A DNA stretch of 63,404 nt, counting the filler, from Octopus bimaculoides (taxonomy: Eukaryota), in NCBI RefSeq assembly GCF_001194135.2. It is 6 parts of 5 records of this genome, joined end to end, with 100 filler letters (N's around TTAATTAATTAA, not from the genome) between each part and the next. Parts side by side here need not be neighbours in the genome. Positions count along the whole stretch, not along the records: positions 23,118 to 53,807 come from NC_068987.1; 5 more parts are not named here. The stretch is one strand, 5' to 3'. A model generated the notes under the pieces. The model was not told where the DNA came from. It made no database searches and saw only the letters and a program-made list of their open reading frames with translations. How positions within the stretch are numbered: the first letter of the stretch is position 1; every line of letters starts with the position of its first letter. The translations under genes and the position numbers were made by a program. This document shows positions 23,151 to 36,564 of this stretch, in pieces.

Positions 23151-23677
23151 AGTGTGTGTGTGTGTGTGCGTGCGTGTGTGCGCGCGCGCGAGTGTGTGTG
23201 TGTCTGTGCGTGCGTATGTGTGTGTGTGCATGTACCTATCGTATACACAGTTAACTCTTTCATTTTCCATAGGTTATCAAATTCGTTTAAGCCAAAAATA
23301 CTCGTCACGTAACACGGTGGGTTCTTTATCACATATTTATCAAAATATTTCAGGTTCTGCTAAATGAGTTTTTGAAGCATCATCTATTTGACATGCCTTA
23401 TCTACCACATGCAACATCGCTAGATTCCGCTTCAGCCCAACACCTGCTTCTTTTAAGCTCAAAACAGACTGAAAAAAAAAAAAATCCTGTCAGCACGATA
23501 AGCATAACTATGTGGTTCACAAGTTCGCTTTATAAACGCGTACTTACACATTTAATCCCACTCTGCGACAAGTTAGGCAAGTTTCTTCTCCAATAACTTC
23601 AGTTTAACCATTTTCTTGTGACATTTCATAGATAGAAATTGTACGGAAGCCCATCGTATATACAAGCACAAGTGTGA

Positions 23678-23761
<84 letters not shown>

Positions 23762-24627
23762 ACACGTAGGTGGTTGCCTTGTCCAAAACTGGGCATAACT
23801 ACGTTGCCAAAACAAATTTCTGTTCATGTGAGAAGCATTCGAATATTTCCCTTTTTAGGTTCAGGAAAACACCTGGATCGTGTAAATTTTTTTAATGATT
23901 TTTCTTTCCGCCAAGCAAAGCTTGCAATGCCTACTTCTTTCAGATATGCTCTAGGACACTCTACAGTTTTCAATTGATTTTGTACGACGTTCCTTCCTCT
24001 CTTAATTGCCGTATATAGCTGGTTAACATTGTAACATCGCTCTTCTTTTGAATTCTGAAAGTTAATCCATCATCATTCAGCCTAGGCTTAAGGGTTCCTC
24101 CGTTTCTACAACATGTTTCTGTATGTGTATCACTCCGTTGCTGACAGACGACACCATGCTTTGTAGACCACGACTTCTCTATTGCTTCTCTACTGTAGAC
24201 CAGGGCTTCTCTATCCGCTAGGCATTCACTGTAAAATTTACATGAGCATTTGCCCGAAGTTTTGGTGTACTAGCTAGCATGTTTTTGATACTAAGCGTAC
24301 AGCTTAACGAGTAATGCAAATTAAATATTTTCCTATACGTATGATCTTCTACAAAATATTTATCCTCATATCTAAGGACGGTACTTACAACGCAGATTTC
24401 ATGACAGGCATGCTGTGTAACTACACACGTACTATTGATGATTTCTTTTCCCTCTTTGTACATTTACCTTTCTCCTTTCTAACGAATAGCTATTTTCGAA
24501 ACATCAAACCCTCTCTTTTCATCGAGCGTCAAGCTAATACATTTCTTGCGCACGTCCTCTTGTCCGTTTTTATTCGTTTATTTAACTTGTTTGTTTATTT
24601 GAATTGACTATATATATAGTCACTATA

Positions 24628-24663
<36 letters not shown>

Positions 24664-24920
24664 TGTATGTATGTATGTATGTATGTTTCTACAGAGAATG
24701 GAATGAAATTTGGTGAGTTTAAATGCGCATTTTTCACGATAAAGCACGGAAAAATGTGCCCTCCTCTGAAAACCTAAACAACTTGAAAATACAACCTTTA
24801 CAGTCAGGTGACACTTATAGGTATCTTGGACAAGATAGGCATGTCAGATATGATGAATCCATAAATAAAGATAGGACCGGGAATGAATACCTGAGGAGAG
24901 TGAAGAGAATATGGTCATCA

Positions 24921-25083
24921 GGCGCAGGAGTGGCTGTGTGGTAAGTAGCTTGCTTACCAACCACATGGTCCTGGGTTCAGTCCCACTGCGTAGCACCTTG
25001 GGCAAGTGTCTTCTACTATAGCCTCGGACCGCCCAAAGCCTTGTGAGTGGATTTGGTAGATGGAAACTGAAAGAAGCCCGTCG

Positions 25084-25129
<46 letters not shown>

Positions 25130-25340
25130 TGTGTTTGTCCCCCCAACATCGCTTGACAACCGATGCTGGTGTGCTTACGTCCCCGCAACTTAGCGGTTCG
25201 GCAAAAGAGACCGATAGAATAAGTACTAAGCTTACAAAGAATAAGTTCTAGGGTCGATTTGCTCGACTAAAGGCGGTGCTCCAGCATGGCCGCAGTCAAA
25301 GGACTGAGACAAGTAAACAAAAGTAAAAGAGTAAAAGAGT
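24921..25340 (+). mobile_element. Complete family 1 SINE inserted into the R4 element
   Basis: tRNA-like head GGCGCAGGAGTGGCTGTGTGG, internal (AT)(GT)n, tail GTAAAAGAG repeats. Splits the codons WSS/ELS with ATCA duplicated (24917-20 / 25341-44). Confidence 0.92.
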
Positions 25341-26286
25341 ATCAGAACTGTCAGCTTGCAACAAGCATATTGCCCACAGCACCTTTATAGTGTTTGTCCT
25401 CACACCTCCATTTGGCCTTATGAACTGATCACTACAAGAACTCAATCGCAAGCTGCTCAGTGTTACAGGCAACTCCAAAACATCAATTGTGATGTAGACA
25501 GGCTAATTTTCCCACGCAAGCTTAGTAATCGTTGTCTCAAATCTGTATTGATGTCAAATGAATTACGTATTGTGACACTTAAACATCTGCAGCAGGGAAA
25601 AGAGGCCAGTAACTATCCTGTCGAAATTTGCGACCATGGAATCAACAACATAATTAGGATAGTTAATGAATTTGAGAAGAGGAATGAAATAAGAGCTGAT
25701 ACAGATCTCTCCCTAATGGGCATTGGTAAAATCTATTTATGAGAAGAACAAAATGAATAATAAAAAAAACTGAACCACTTCACTGAGAAAATAGTACATG
25801 GGTACTTGGCACAAAAAAATACGAACCATAGAAGGGACTGATCATGTCAAGAGCTTGGCATGGTGTACCGACAAGTTAATGACACCCCAATTTGAAGGCT
25901 ACCATCATGCAATTCCAGAACAAGAGGTCCCCACCAAGTACCTGCATCATAAAAGGCAGAAAACGTTGACAGACAACAAATGTATTCTTTGCAGGACTAA
26001 GACAAAAGATACCAGCCACATTATTGCCAGCTATGAGAAAATGTCTTCCAGATATTATCTTCCCATGATACGGTGACCAGAACGGTCTGGAACAGGATTA
26101 CAAAAAAGAAAACTCCTACAGAGGAAGTTGACTGTATTGAAAGCGATAGATCAAAAGAATATTAGAGGAACTTAGGAATCAAAACAGTCACCAAGTTGAA
26201 ACACAACCGGCCAGATAATGTTATGTGGGAACACAAGGAAGATATATGCTGATTTGTCAGCTACCCTCTGGACACCAACTTGGTTC

Positions 26287-26534
26287 GAAAAATACAAGAG
26301 AAAGAGGAGATCTATGAAGCATTAAAGAGTTTGCAAATCCAGAATCCAAGAAAAATACAAGAGAAAGAGATCTATGAAGCATTAAAGAGTTTGCAAATCC
26401 AGAATCCAAGAAAAATACAAGAGAAAGAGATCTATGAAGCATTAATGAGTTTGCAAATCCAGAATCCAAGAAAAATACAAGAGAAAGAGGAGATCTATGA
26501 AGCATTAATGAGTTTGCAAATCCAGAATCCAAGA
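26287..26534 (+). repeat. Four near-identical 60/63-bp in-frame tandem units
   Basis: Units start at 26287, 26350, 26410 and 26470 and encode KIQEKE(E)IYEAL(K/M)SLQIQNPR. Confidence 0.95.
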
Positions 26535-26827
26535 TACACTTTCGGTTGCATACACATTATTATTAGAGCAACAGAATACATACCGACCTGCCTATATGGT
26601 TTAACTTGAGTTATTGAGGAGATAATGCTAATCTTTAATTTGTACGCTACAAATGATCACAATATCTGGGACTATGAAAATCTGCAAGGCCTTCTTAAAA
26701 TTTAAAGGATGATGATTAAAACAAAATGTCTTCCTCAACAAATTTGCGACCATGTAGGTGGTCGGTCACTGTAAATTAAAACGAGAAACAGAACAATATA
26801 TATATACATTCATATACATGCATACAT

Positions 26828-26860
<33 letters not shown>

Positions 26861-27267
26861 TACATACATACATATACATTTTTACTCTTTTACTTGTTTC
26901 AGTAATTTGACTGCGGCCATGCTGGAGCACTACCTTCAGTCGAACAAATCGACACCTGGTCTTATTCCTTGTAAACCTAGTACTTATTCTATCGGTCTAT
27001 TATGCAAACACACCAATGTCGGTTGTCAAACGATGGTAGGAGGACAAACAGACACACAGGTACAAACAGGCATATATATATATATATATATATTATTTTG
27101 CTTAAAAGAGTTCCAACACTGTCTGTTTTTTATGTTTTATTTATATTCCTGCAGAACTAATGTGGGGTATAGAATATGGAATATACAATATATAATATGA
27201 TATACAATATACAATATAAAATAAAATAAAATAAAATAACAGACAGTCTGTTAAAGTCTGTCATACC

Positions 27268-27307
27268 GGCCATGACGAAGGGAAATAGCCCTGAAACTCG
27301 AGTCGCC
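27268..27307 (+). ncRNA. Minimal hammerhead ribozyme variant (family B), core CAUGACGA
   Basis: GGC-CAUGACGA-AGGG(aaauag)CCCU-GAAA-CUCGAG-UC/GCC. Stem I GGC:GCC, perfect stem II, palindromic ACUCGAGU stem III, canonical GUC site (cut after 27304). One extra A in the core. Confidence 0.65.
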
Positions 27308-27860
27308 TTTATATATATATATTTATATTTATATATTTATATATTTGATCCATTTATATTGAACACTCAATATTTCATCNNNNNNNNNNNNNNNNNNNNN
27401 NNNNNNNNNNNNNNNNNNNNNNNNNNNNNNNNNNNNNNNNNNNNNNNNNNNNNNNNNNNNNNNNNNNNNNNNNNNNNNNNNNNNNNNNNNNNNNNNNNNN
27501 NNNNNNNNNNNNNNNNNNNNNNNNNNNNNNNNNNNNNNNNNNNNNNNNNNNNNNNNNNNNNNNNNNNNNNNNNNNNNNNNNNNNNNNNNNNNNNNNNNNN
27601 NNNNNNNNNNNNNNNNNNNNNNNNNNNNNNNNNNNNTATATTCCTCTATACACAATCATACAAAAAACCCCACCTTTTTTGTATTTATTTTTACTCGCAT
27701 ATATATATATACACATATATATATATGCCCAAGGTGCCACGCAGTGGAACTGAACCCGGAACCATGTGGTTGGGAAGCAAGCTTCTTACCACATAGCCAC
27801 TCCTGCGCCCGTATGTATGTATATATGAATTATGTATGTATGCATACATGGGTGTGAGTG

Positions 27861-27944
<84 letters not shown>

Positions 27945-28472
27945 CACATACACACACTCACTCTCGCGAGCACACACACACACGCTGATATACGCACACT
28001 AATACATATATACGTACATGTTTGCATGCAAACAGTAAGCAGTATGGCGTAAGATGCCGGCTAACCAAGTTTGCGGTATTTTGTTAACTCGCTACTCCTT
28101 CTTCAGATATTTTACATAAACAGATAAAATCTTGAGCCAAGTGTGCGTATTCCGACGTCAATTTTTTACTTCATTCAAATCAATAAGAGTGATTACATTT
28201 TGAAAGACACCTCTGCTCATGAAATGTCAAGTAACTAATACGATTTATAGCAGTGTTACAGAAGATAAATATATATCCACTCACCATCTCTCTTTCACGC
28301 ATACACACTTACTCTCTCTTTCTATCTGCCCATTCTCCGTATATAAATATAAAGTGTGTGTGTGTACAAAAATAGAGTGATAGAAACATTTACATACATA
28401 GCCACACACACTCACACACACACACACACATACACATACATACACACACATGCACACACACGTATATATGTG

Positions 28473-28503
<31 letters not shown>

Positions 28504-28585
28504 GTGAATATCATAACCAAATACATACATCCGCGTTTGTGTCTCTCTGTTTATATGTGCACGTAAGTATATAGATGTATATATA

Positions 28586-28644
<59 letters not shown>

Positions 28645-28731
28645 ATATATATGAATATCATTACCAAATACATGCATCCGTGTTTGTGTCTCTCTGTTTA
28701 TATGTGCACGTAAGTATATAGATGTATATAA

Positions 28732-28779
<48 letters not shown>

Positions 28780-29084
28780 ATGTATGTATGTATGTATGTA
28801 TGTATGTATATGCACGACATTCTCATTTTGGTGTAGGATTAAGGCAAACTCTACCTCCATATGCATGTGTGAGCGCATGTGTGATATTCATATACGTAAG
28901 TAGAAGCATATTTATGTATATGAATATATATATAGACAGATAGATAGATAGATTATATATATATATTTATATATATATATACACACACACACACACATAT
29001 ATAGCAAATGAAAGACGGAAGATGGAATATGGATATTATATATGTATATACGTGTATATATATATGTATGTACGTACACGTATA

Positions 29085-29178
<94 letters not shown>

Positions 29179-30329
29179 CTATGTATCTATGTATGTATAT
29201 ATGGATTTATAATGCACATATATAAACACATATATAAACGTGCATATACACATATAAAAAGATGCAAGCACACAAACACGCACACACACACACACACACA
29301 CATTAAACTCAGACAATGAATCACAGCTGCTCGTGATCTGTTCGTATGAATGCACGCCTGAAGGATTCATTCCATTTCATTGTTAAATCCTAATTCAACG
29401 CAGTACTGTTTGATGCCTACTCGCAGCATAAATAAATTACAAAATTTCTCATTTATCTCCAGTGTAAAGTAATTCTCTTTAGAACTATAACCAATTGGAA
29501 TCTAGCACACCGAAAATGAGAATTATAACAGAGTAATACAGAAAACAAGACAAAAAATGGAAATATGTAATAAATCATGTGAAATAAACGGTATGTCTTG
29601 GTCAGCCGTAGCTGTGCTTTGCTTGGCCATATTTCATTTATATTATTTGCCAATCCTTGCGCCCAAAACGGAGGTGACATGGAAACTACTTGTTCTTTGG
29701 AAATAAGATTATCTCTTAGGATAAAGATTATACGTCGCAAATAGGTTCTGAGATAAAACACATGGCTGATAATAATTTTTTGTGGGTCCGTTCTTAAGAA
29801 GAAAACAGTAAGAAGTGACAGCATTATTGAAGACGGGGAGGATGAAGCAAGTGTTGGATGCAACTAATAGCAAAACAATTTGCCAGATATGAAATTACAT
29901 GTAATTTTATGAACAGGAGTTATGTCGCTAGTGGCACCAGTTCTTCCTTTGTCGATATCAACATGCGATAATGGTTCCCTAACACTGTTAGTTCTGTTCA
30001 TATCCTACTGAAATGCCAATAGAAGGGTCGGCAGTTCTTATCTTGTCAGACGCACTGCAATTCGTCAACAGCTCTCGAGCTGTTCAGGTTGCATAGTTGT
30101 GAATAATGTTACCGTAGAGGAGATAACTCTGATCATGTAAGCAAGCTGTAGAACCACTGAATGCAACGTTTGCAATGCTGAATATAAAATTCTACCTTGA
30201 GCGAGATGATCCACAAATATCACTCGCCTTCAGTGACACCTCTAACCGAAACACCAAATCTCTCTTGAATTTATAATTGCCACTAACAGTTAAAACTGAT
30301 ACTTCGAGTAGAAGGACCTTAATAATTTG

Positions 30330-31895
30330 GTCAATTATCTTTCATCTCTTCATGTGGATGTGCATATCTTATTCACTGAGATCATTTTGTTTTTGTTGTC
30401 TGTTTATACTACGCCACTTTTCTATCGGTAGTTCATAGCTCTGGCTGAGTCATACCTATACATGTCTCTCTCTCTTGGGTAAACTGTGTTTCGTTGTTTC
30501 TTCCAAACCTCTACATAAACAGTTACTTAATGTAGCCTGCTTGATTGCAGGTTTTTTCTAGTTCCTGGTGAGAAAACTTTAATCTTCTAACCTGATCAAA
30601 ACATCCTTCAGTCTTTGAGACCTCTATTTCATAATCACTGCTGCGATTTAAATTTGTTATCACCGCGTTCAGTTTTTTTGGTTTTTTTCCAGTTATTGAT
30701 TATGATATAAATTCTCCTTTCTCTTAAATCTGTTCGCTACTTCAGCCTCCGTTTTGAATTTGTTGGCTTCTCTCAAAGCAGGACACAGTTTTGATCGTGT
30801 TTATAGCTATTTGTATTGGATTTCAATAACACTTTACCTTGTAATCTTACAGTGGATATTTTACAATACTTTTCTAGTCACTTAAGATCCATATCTACCT
30901 GAATTTGTGGTATAAGTAATCTTTCAGTGTCAGCTATTAGATGGTGTATTCTAAATGCAATTGTTGTTTTTAGTGTCTTAGTGTCTAGTTTTACTAATTC
31001 ATTTGCATCCAGTTTAGAATAATTAAAGTATAATCAATGGAACATCTAGAGTATTGATATCTTTAACTTACTGTTTGCATTTAGCTCTGTTACTTGTATT
31101 AATCTAATACATTGATTATATTCTTTCCTAAACTTTTCTTTCATTTGTATATGTGTTGTATTCTAGTTTATCGATTCCTATATATTTTTATGCCCATATT
31201 AGGTTCGATTCGCTTATTTTTGGATCCATTATCTCACAAGATATTAGTGCTTTTAATTTTCTTTCTTCAAGATTTCCAAACAGTTTCTTACCCGAATCTC
31301 ATCTCTCAGTTCCTCTGATAAATCTGTGTAATGTCTATAGCTGTGATTCAGATTACCATCTGCGATTTACAGCTTCAGGTTGTCCATATCTAGAAGATGG
31401 CTAGTTGTTCCCTTTATAAAATTTATATACGAGTTCAGTCTGGTTTAACAGGTTGGTTAAAAGTGTTAGTGTCACACAAAACAAAAGTGGAGAATAGGAG
31501 TCTTTCTAGAATATTGTAATCACGATTGAGTTTTTTAAATTCCGTCATTTGTCTGTATCTATAGATTCTTTTGCCATTTCCTCGAGACATGTTTTAATGT
31601 CTCCCCTTATAATTGGTTTTATTTATGGTTAATGTTTTTAAGACACGTATATGATAAACGTTGTCAAAAAACAATCTATGCTACGTTCAAACCTTTGGTA
31701 GTCTTTCTTCAGTCTTTGTTTGTGGCTTCGTCGATCAGTAATTGTCGATCAGTAATTCATATTCATAGCCAGATGAGTTTCTACAGCATCCCTTCTGTTC
31801 TTTAGTAAATTAGTTATTTTCAGGCATGATTTCTCCTCGGTAGTTAAGGCTTTGTCAGTTACAAGAAGAAAGGTTTTTTTCCCCTCAAAATTAGA
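30330..31895 (-). mobile_element. Old R4/Dong retrotransposon relic (RT to CCHC region)
   Basis: Minus strand: EQKGCCRNSSG..LLID, QLLIDEA..GLNVA, SHLLDMDNLKL (cf. SHLLYMDDLKL), MRFG, YIGI and AKCKQ..INTLDVP. Confidence 0.75.
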
Positions 31896-31910
31896 AAATA
31901 CTGCAAGGCT

Positions 31911-32335
31911 TCTTTTATTTGTTTCAGTCATTTCACTGCGTCCATGCTGGAGCACCGCCTTTTGTCGAACAAATTGACCCCAGGACTTACTCTTTGTAAG
32001 CCTAGTACTTATTCTATCGGGGACGTAAACACGCCAACATCGGTTGTCAAGTGATGGTGGGGAATAAACACAGATACACAAATACATACATACATACATA
32101 CATACATACATACATACATACAAACAAACATACATACATACATACATACATACATGCATACATACATACATACATATACGACCGGCCTCTCAGTTTCTGT
32201 CTACCAAATCCACTCACAAGGCTTTGGTCGACCCGAGACTACAGTAGAAGACACTTGACCAAGGTTCCATGCAGTGGAACTGAGCCCGGAATCATGTGGG
32301 AAGCAAACTTCTTACCACATAACCACTCCAGCGCC
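31911..32335 (-). mobile_element. Near-complete family 1 SINE with internal (CATA)n
   Basis: Tail, body and head all recognisable in reverse; ends CCACTCCAGCGCC. Confidence 0.88.
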
Positions 32336-32344
32336 TAAACAACT

Positions 32345-32560
32345 GGTGTCTATCAACAATTCTAAAGTAAGACTTGCAATAAAATACTGTTGCTACATCT
32401 GGAACAATGCTACTGTTGTTACATATACAAATGCCCTGGTTGGCATTCGAAACAAACACATCCGACAGATTGACGCGGACTCCACATTTACATGCACTTA
32501 TAGCTCGGAGACGTAGTGCTTCCTCCACCTGCTTTTTTCTACTTGTGATGTAATAGCTTC
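32345..32560 (+). mobile_element. CR1/Jockey-group LINE C-terminal relic
   Basis: KVRLAIKYCCYIWNNA and LIARRRSASSTCFFY resemble the VRPxMEYCSxIW and LxHRRxVAxLxLFY motifs. Confidence 0.55.
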
Positions 32561-33384
32561 TAAACTAGTAGAAATTAATTGTTTCGCCATGAAAACGGCA
32601 CATTGTCAACGATATGATACGAAGTTTTGTTCATTCAGCTTGTAAAACTCGTTGTTGACTCTATCAACTGAGTCATTCGTGGTATTAATTATTCGGAAAA
32701 TTAAAATACAATAGGCTGGTGTTCTATCCTAGAAAACAAGTACACTTTGTTTGCTTAAAATAAAAGAAAGCTGAGATAAACACGTCTTATAATTTTTGTG
32801 AATCTCATCAATTTATTTTACTTGAGTGAAAAAGATTTATCTTTTCTATTCGGAGGAAATTAATATTATATTTCATATTCACATCATCTTTAGAATTCTT
32901 GCAATTTAAGTCTGTGAGAAAGATATGATAATTAATAGATGTCTTCTGTAAGACTTGGAATAAGACAAAAGATGTAGGCGAGAAATAACAGTCAAGAAAT
33001 TTAACAGAATTATCTTCGTTATAAATAACCATAAATTTCTCCGTTGGATATTATAAAAGAAAACATGTCGCAGCTTTCATATATTTCTAATATTTCTTTG
33101 ATAATTGAGTTGTTAGCTGTCAGAAACTGTACAGTGTTAGACAGAATGAATTTATTTTGTACGTTATTTTGTTTCATACCGAAACTGGTGAATAATAGTG
33201 TCGTTGGTTATAGATTTTAATAATGGCCCAGTCACCACATCAATCTGGCTGTAAAATTGACAAAGATTGACTCGATGTATACCAAGAGACTTCGTTCTTA
33301 AATTGCCGCTTATGTATATTCTCGCAACTGTCTCTAACCGTCACGGATATACATTGGCCAAAGGCATCACATATATATATACAC

Positions 33385-33438
<54 letters not shown>

Positions 33439-33499
33439 CGCGTGCGTGTGCGTGTGCGTGTGCGTGGGGGTGCGTGTGTGTGTCCGTGTCCATGTGTGT

Positions 33500-33695
33500 G
33501 TGTGTGTGTTTGTATCCCCACCATTGCTTGACAACCGATGTTGCTGTGTTCTCGTTCCCATAACTTAGCTGTTCGGCAAAAGAAACTGATAGAATAAGTA
33601 CTAGGCTTACAAAGAATAAATTCTGGGGTCGATTTTTTCTATCAAAGGCGGTGCTCCAGCATGGCTGCAGTCACATGACTGAAACAAGTAAAACA
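33500..33695 (+). mobile_element. SINE family 1 3' half
   Basis: GCTTGACAACCGATG...GGCGGTGCTCCAGCATGGCTGCAGTCACATGACTGAAACAAGTAAAA. Confidence 0.85.
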
Positions 33696-33714
33696 ATGAA
33701 AAACATCATGCCAT

Positions 33715-33748
33715 TTTAATCCCGAGCAAGACCGGGTATCTCTGCTAG
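33715..33748 (+). mobile_element. Helitron-like 3' terminus
   Basis: Hairpin CCCG-AGCAAGAC-CGGG (33721-33736), 8-nt spacer, CTAG (33745-48). Followed by C rather than the usual T. Confidence 0.45.
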
Positions 33749-34135
33749 CATAAGATAAATTACGTATTCACCATCACTATCCAATTAACCTTATGTGTGA
33801 GTTAAGCAATGGTGTTAAACCAGGTACAAGATTTAATCTATCTAAGAGTAAGAATCATCCCTCTGACCGGGTTCCACGCAATTTTTGATCGATCAAATCT
33901 TTACCCACAAGGTTGAACGCAATCGTTATGTCATCTTTGTAGTTTGTCTCCTATCAACTAAAGCAGGCTCAACTTCGTTCACACACTCACATATACACAT
34001 GACGAAACTTCCACCGACCAAATCAAATCACAAGACTTGGCACAATATTTTATGTACGTCATGATAGCGCTATACAAGGGGCTCTCAGATTAACAAGAGA
34101 TGTATTGTATTGTTACATTATTTGTAGCTAGTCAA

Positions 34136-34542
34136 GGCGGTGAGCTGGCAGAAACGTTAGCACGCCGGGCGAAATGCTTAGTGGTATTGCGTCTGTCTTT
34201 ACGTTTTGAGTTCAAATTCCGCCGAGGCCGACTTTGCCATTCATCCTTTCGAGGACGATAAATTAAGTACCAGTCAAGTACTGGGTCGATCTAATCGACT
34301 GGCCCCCTCTCCTAAAATTTCGGGCCTTGTACGTAGAGTAGAAAAGAATCGTTAGCATGCCAGGCGAAATGCTTAGCAGTATTTCGTTTGCCGCTACGTT
34401 CTGAGTTCAAATTCCGCCGAGGTCGACTTTCGCTTTCATCCTTTCGGAGTCAATAATTTTTACATTTGAGTACTGGGGGTTGATGTAATCGACCATCTCC
34501 GACCGCCAAATTTCAGGCCTTGTGCCGAAAGTAGAAAAGATT
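34136..34542 (+). mobile_element. Head-to-tail dimer of family 2 SINE
   Basis: Copy 1 is 34136-34349. Copy 2 starts without its first about 12 nt at the shared AGAAT (..AAAAGAATCGTTAGC..). Confidence 0.9.
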
Positions 34543-35924
34543 ATTGACAGCTGGCTTGTATGTATGTATGTATGCATGTATGAATGTTTGTATGCACGTG
34601 TGTGTATGTATGTACGCATATACATACATATATACATATGTAGTTCCACTATTACACAAAAATGTTACTCTAGCACAGGCACACGCGCACACACGCACGC
34701 TCGCATGCGCGCATGCGCACATACACACGGCACGCGTGCACACGTTCATGTATGCTTCTGACGTCATTTGGCACTTTCTGACTACTGATGCTGTTGTGTT
34801 CTTATGCTATTTAAATTTTGTTTTAAACCACCAGTTTTAAAAGTTTAGCAAAATAGGGAATCCTACAGAAGTCTTGCTTTAATCCATAGGATAAAAGTGT
34901 CTATTTCTTCATCTTCTCTTTGATATTTTTTGTAAAGAGCTATAGAATTCGTTTTCTTTTTAGTTTCTTTGTAATTTTTTTCCTGCGTGTGTGTAAGTGT
35001 GTGTGTGTGTTTTTTTTTTCTTTTTTCTTTGTTATCATTCCCTTAGAATGCGATAAGATAACGCTACCTATTTCCATTATAAACAGGCGAACCCATATAA
35101 AATACTGTTTATATACTTACAGCGTCATTCTTCCAGCTTTGTTTTCTTTATATATGATTATTTATTTATTTATTTATTTATTTACAGCATATTAACTTAC
35201 TGAATTATTTTCGTTGGAACAGGCCTTAATCTAAGAAAAGCTTCAACAGATCATTCGTATAAATGCAAACCCATGCGCACACATAAACCAACATACATAT
35301 AACAGGCTTACATATATTAAAAACAAGCAGCCGGGCAGGCACCACACACAAAAAAAATGAAGAACACAAATAAATATAAGCGCTCATTCAAAGTTGGTAG
35401 AGTTGAGGCAAAACATCTATGTATATCATGTTTATTACTAAGACTAAATTCTTTGTGTTTATTACGAACACTGAATCCTGATTCGTCCCCACATAATGCG
35501 GATATATTTTCTGCTTTTAACTAAAACAAAATTCTAAAGAAACACCGGCATTTCTAATTTTACCTGTAGTCTTCTGTTTCATATCTCATTTATTTTTGTG
35601 ATTCGGGAAAAAAAACTCTGGCTTTAAATTATGTAAATGATATTTTAAGCCAATGTCCTGTAATGAATGCTGTTTTCTGTGAGTGCGTGTGTATGTGTAT
35701 GCGTGTGTGTGTGCGCATACATAGATATACAGTTGTGGTTCGGGAGAGTCATTCTCGGTGACTGTGTTAAATTATAAGGCACTAAAAGAGAATGACTCTC
35801 TCCAGACACCATAGAATATGCTTCAACACACGAACTCACATAAAGAATCTTGCAAACCAAATCCAAAAGCGATACATATATATACATATATACATACACA
35901 CACACATATATATATATATATACA

Positions 35925-35977
<53 letters not shown>

Positions 35978-36564
35978 NNNNNNNNNNGTGTGTGTGTGTG
36001 TGTGTGTATGTGTGTGTGTGTGTGTGTGTGCGCTAGCAATACATCCGGGCGTTGTCCGGGTGTTATGATCTACAGCTATATCATATTATTTGTTCCTTTC
36101 TTATGAGCAGAAACAGCACAGCAGATATGTAGTGAACTGGATTACTGGCATAATGGAAGCTATTTTAAATTTTAAAATGAAGGGGTGGAAGGGTACAATT
36201 TGCATGGCGTACAATCGCCTATATTATTGATTTTGTTATTATCATTTTTAATTGTTACACTAGATAATAACAGAGTTAATAATATCTTTGCAAAAATTTT
36301 CTCTTGAATTATTTGCTCCGTATTGAAATTATAATAAAATCGAGATAAAGTCTGGGATAGCATACTTGTGTATCAACAGTGTGTACGGACACTCACGTAC
36401 ATACTAAAGCATATACGGATTCGTCCTTCTTGTGATGCGTGCATCCACAAGTATAGAGCAAATGCACCCAATGTATACGTAAAATCACACTAGAGCGTAC
36501 TTCGACATGCAGTCCACGGTCCGCTGTAGGCTCGCGTGCGTGCGCGCGTGTGTGTAGAAAATAT

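Larger units (their letters stand above)
24688..26815 (+). mobile_element. Degraded R4-clade retrotransposon, second lineage (3' half)
   Basis: GMKFGEFKCA, GDTYRYLGQD, RRVKRIWSSELS, DVDRLIFPRK, FEGYHHAIPEQEVPTKYL, DNKCILC, KHNRPD, YPLDTNLVRKIQEK and GTMKICKAFLKF. Followed by (CATA)n from about 26817. Confidence 0.85.

Noticed and set aside
26287-26534. CRISPR-like array
   Set aside because: Direct tandem units with no unique spacers, inside a retrotransposon ORF in eukaryotic DNA.
30205-30240. SLKASDI peptide echoing TLKASDI in the 58.4-kb exon
   Set aside because: A six-residue match with different codons and no flanking similarity is compatible with chance in six frames of 63 kb.
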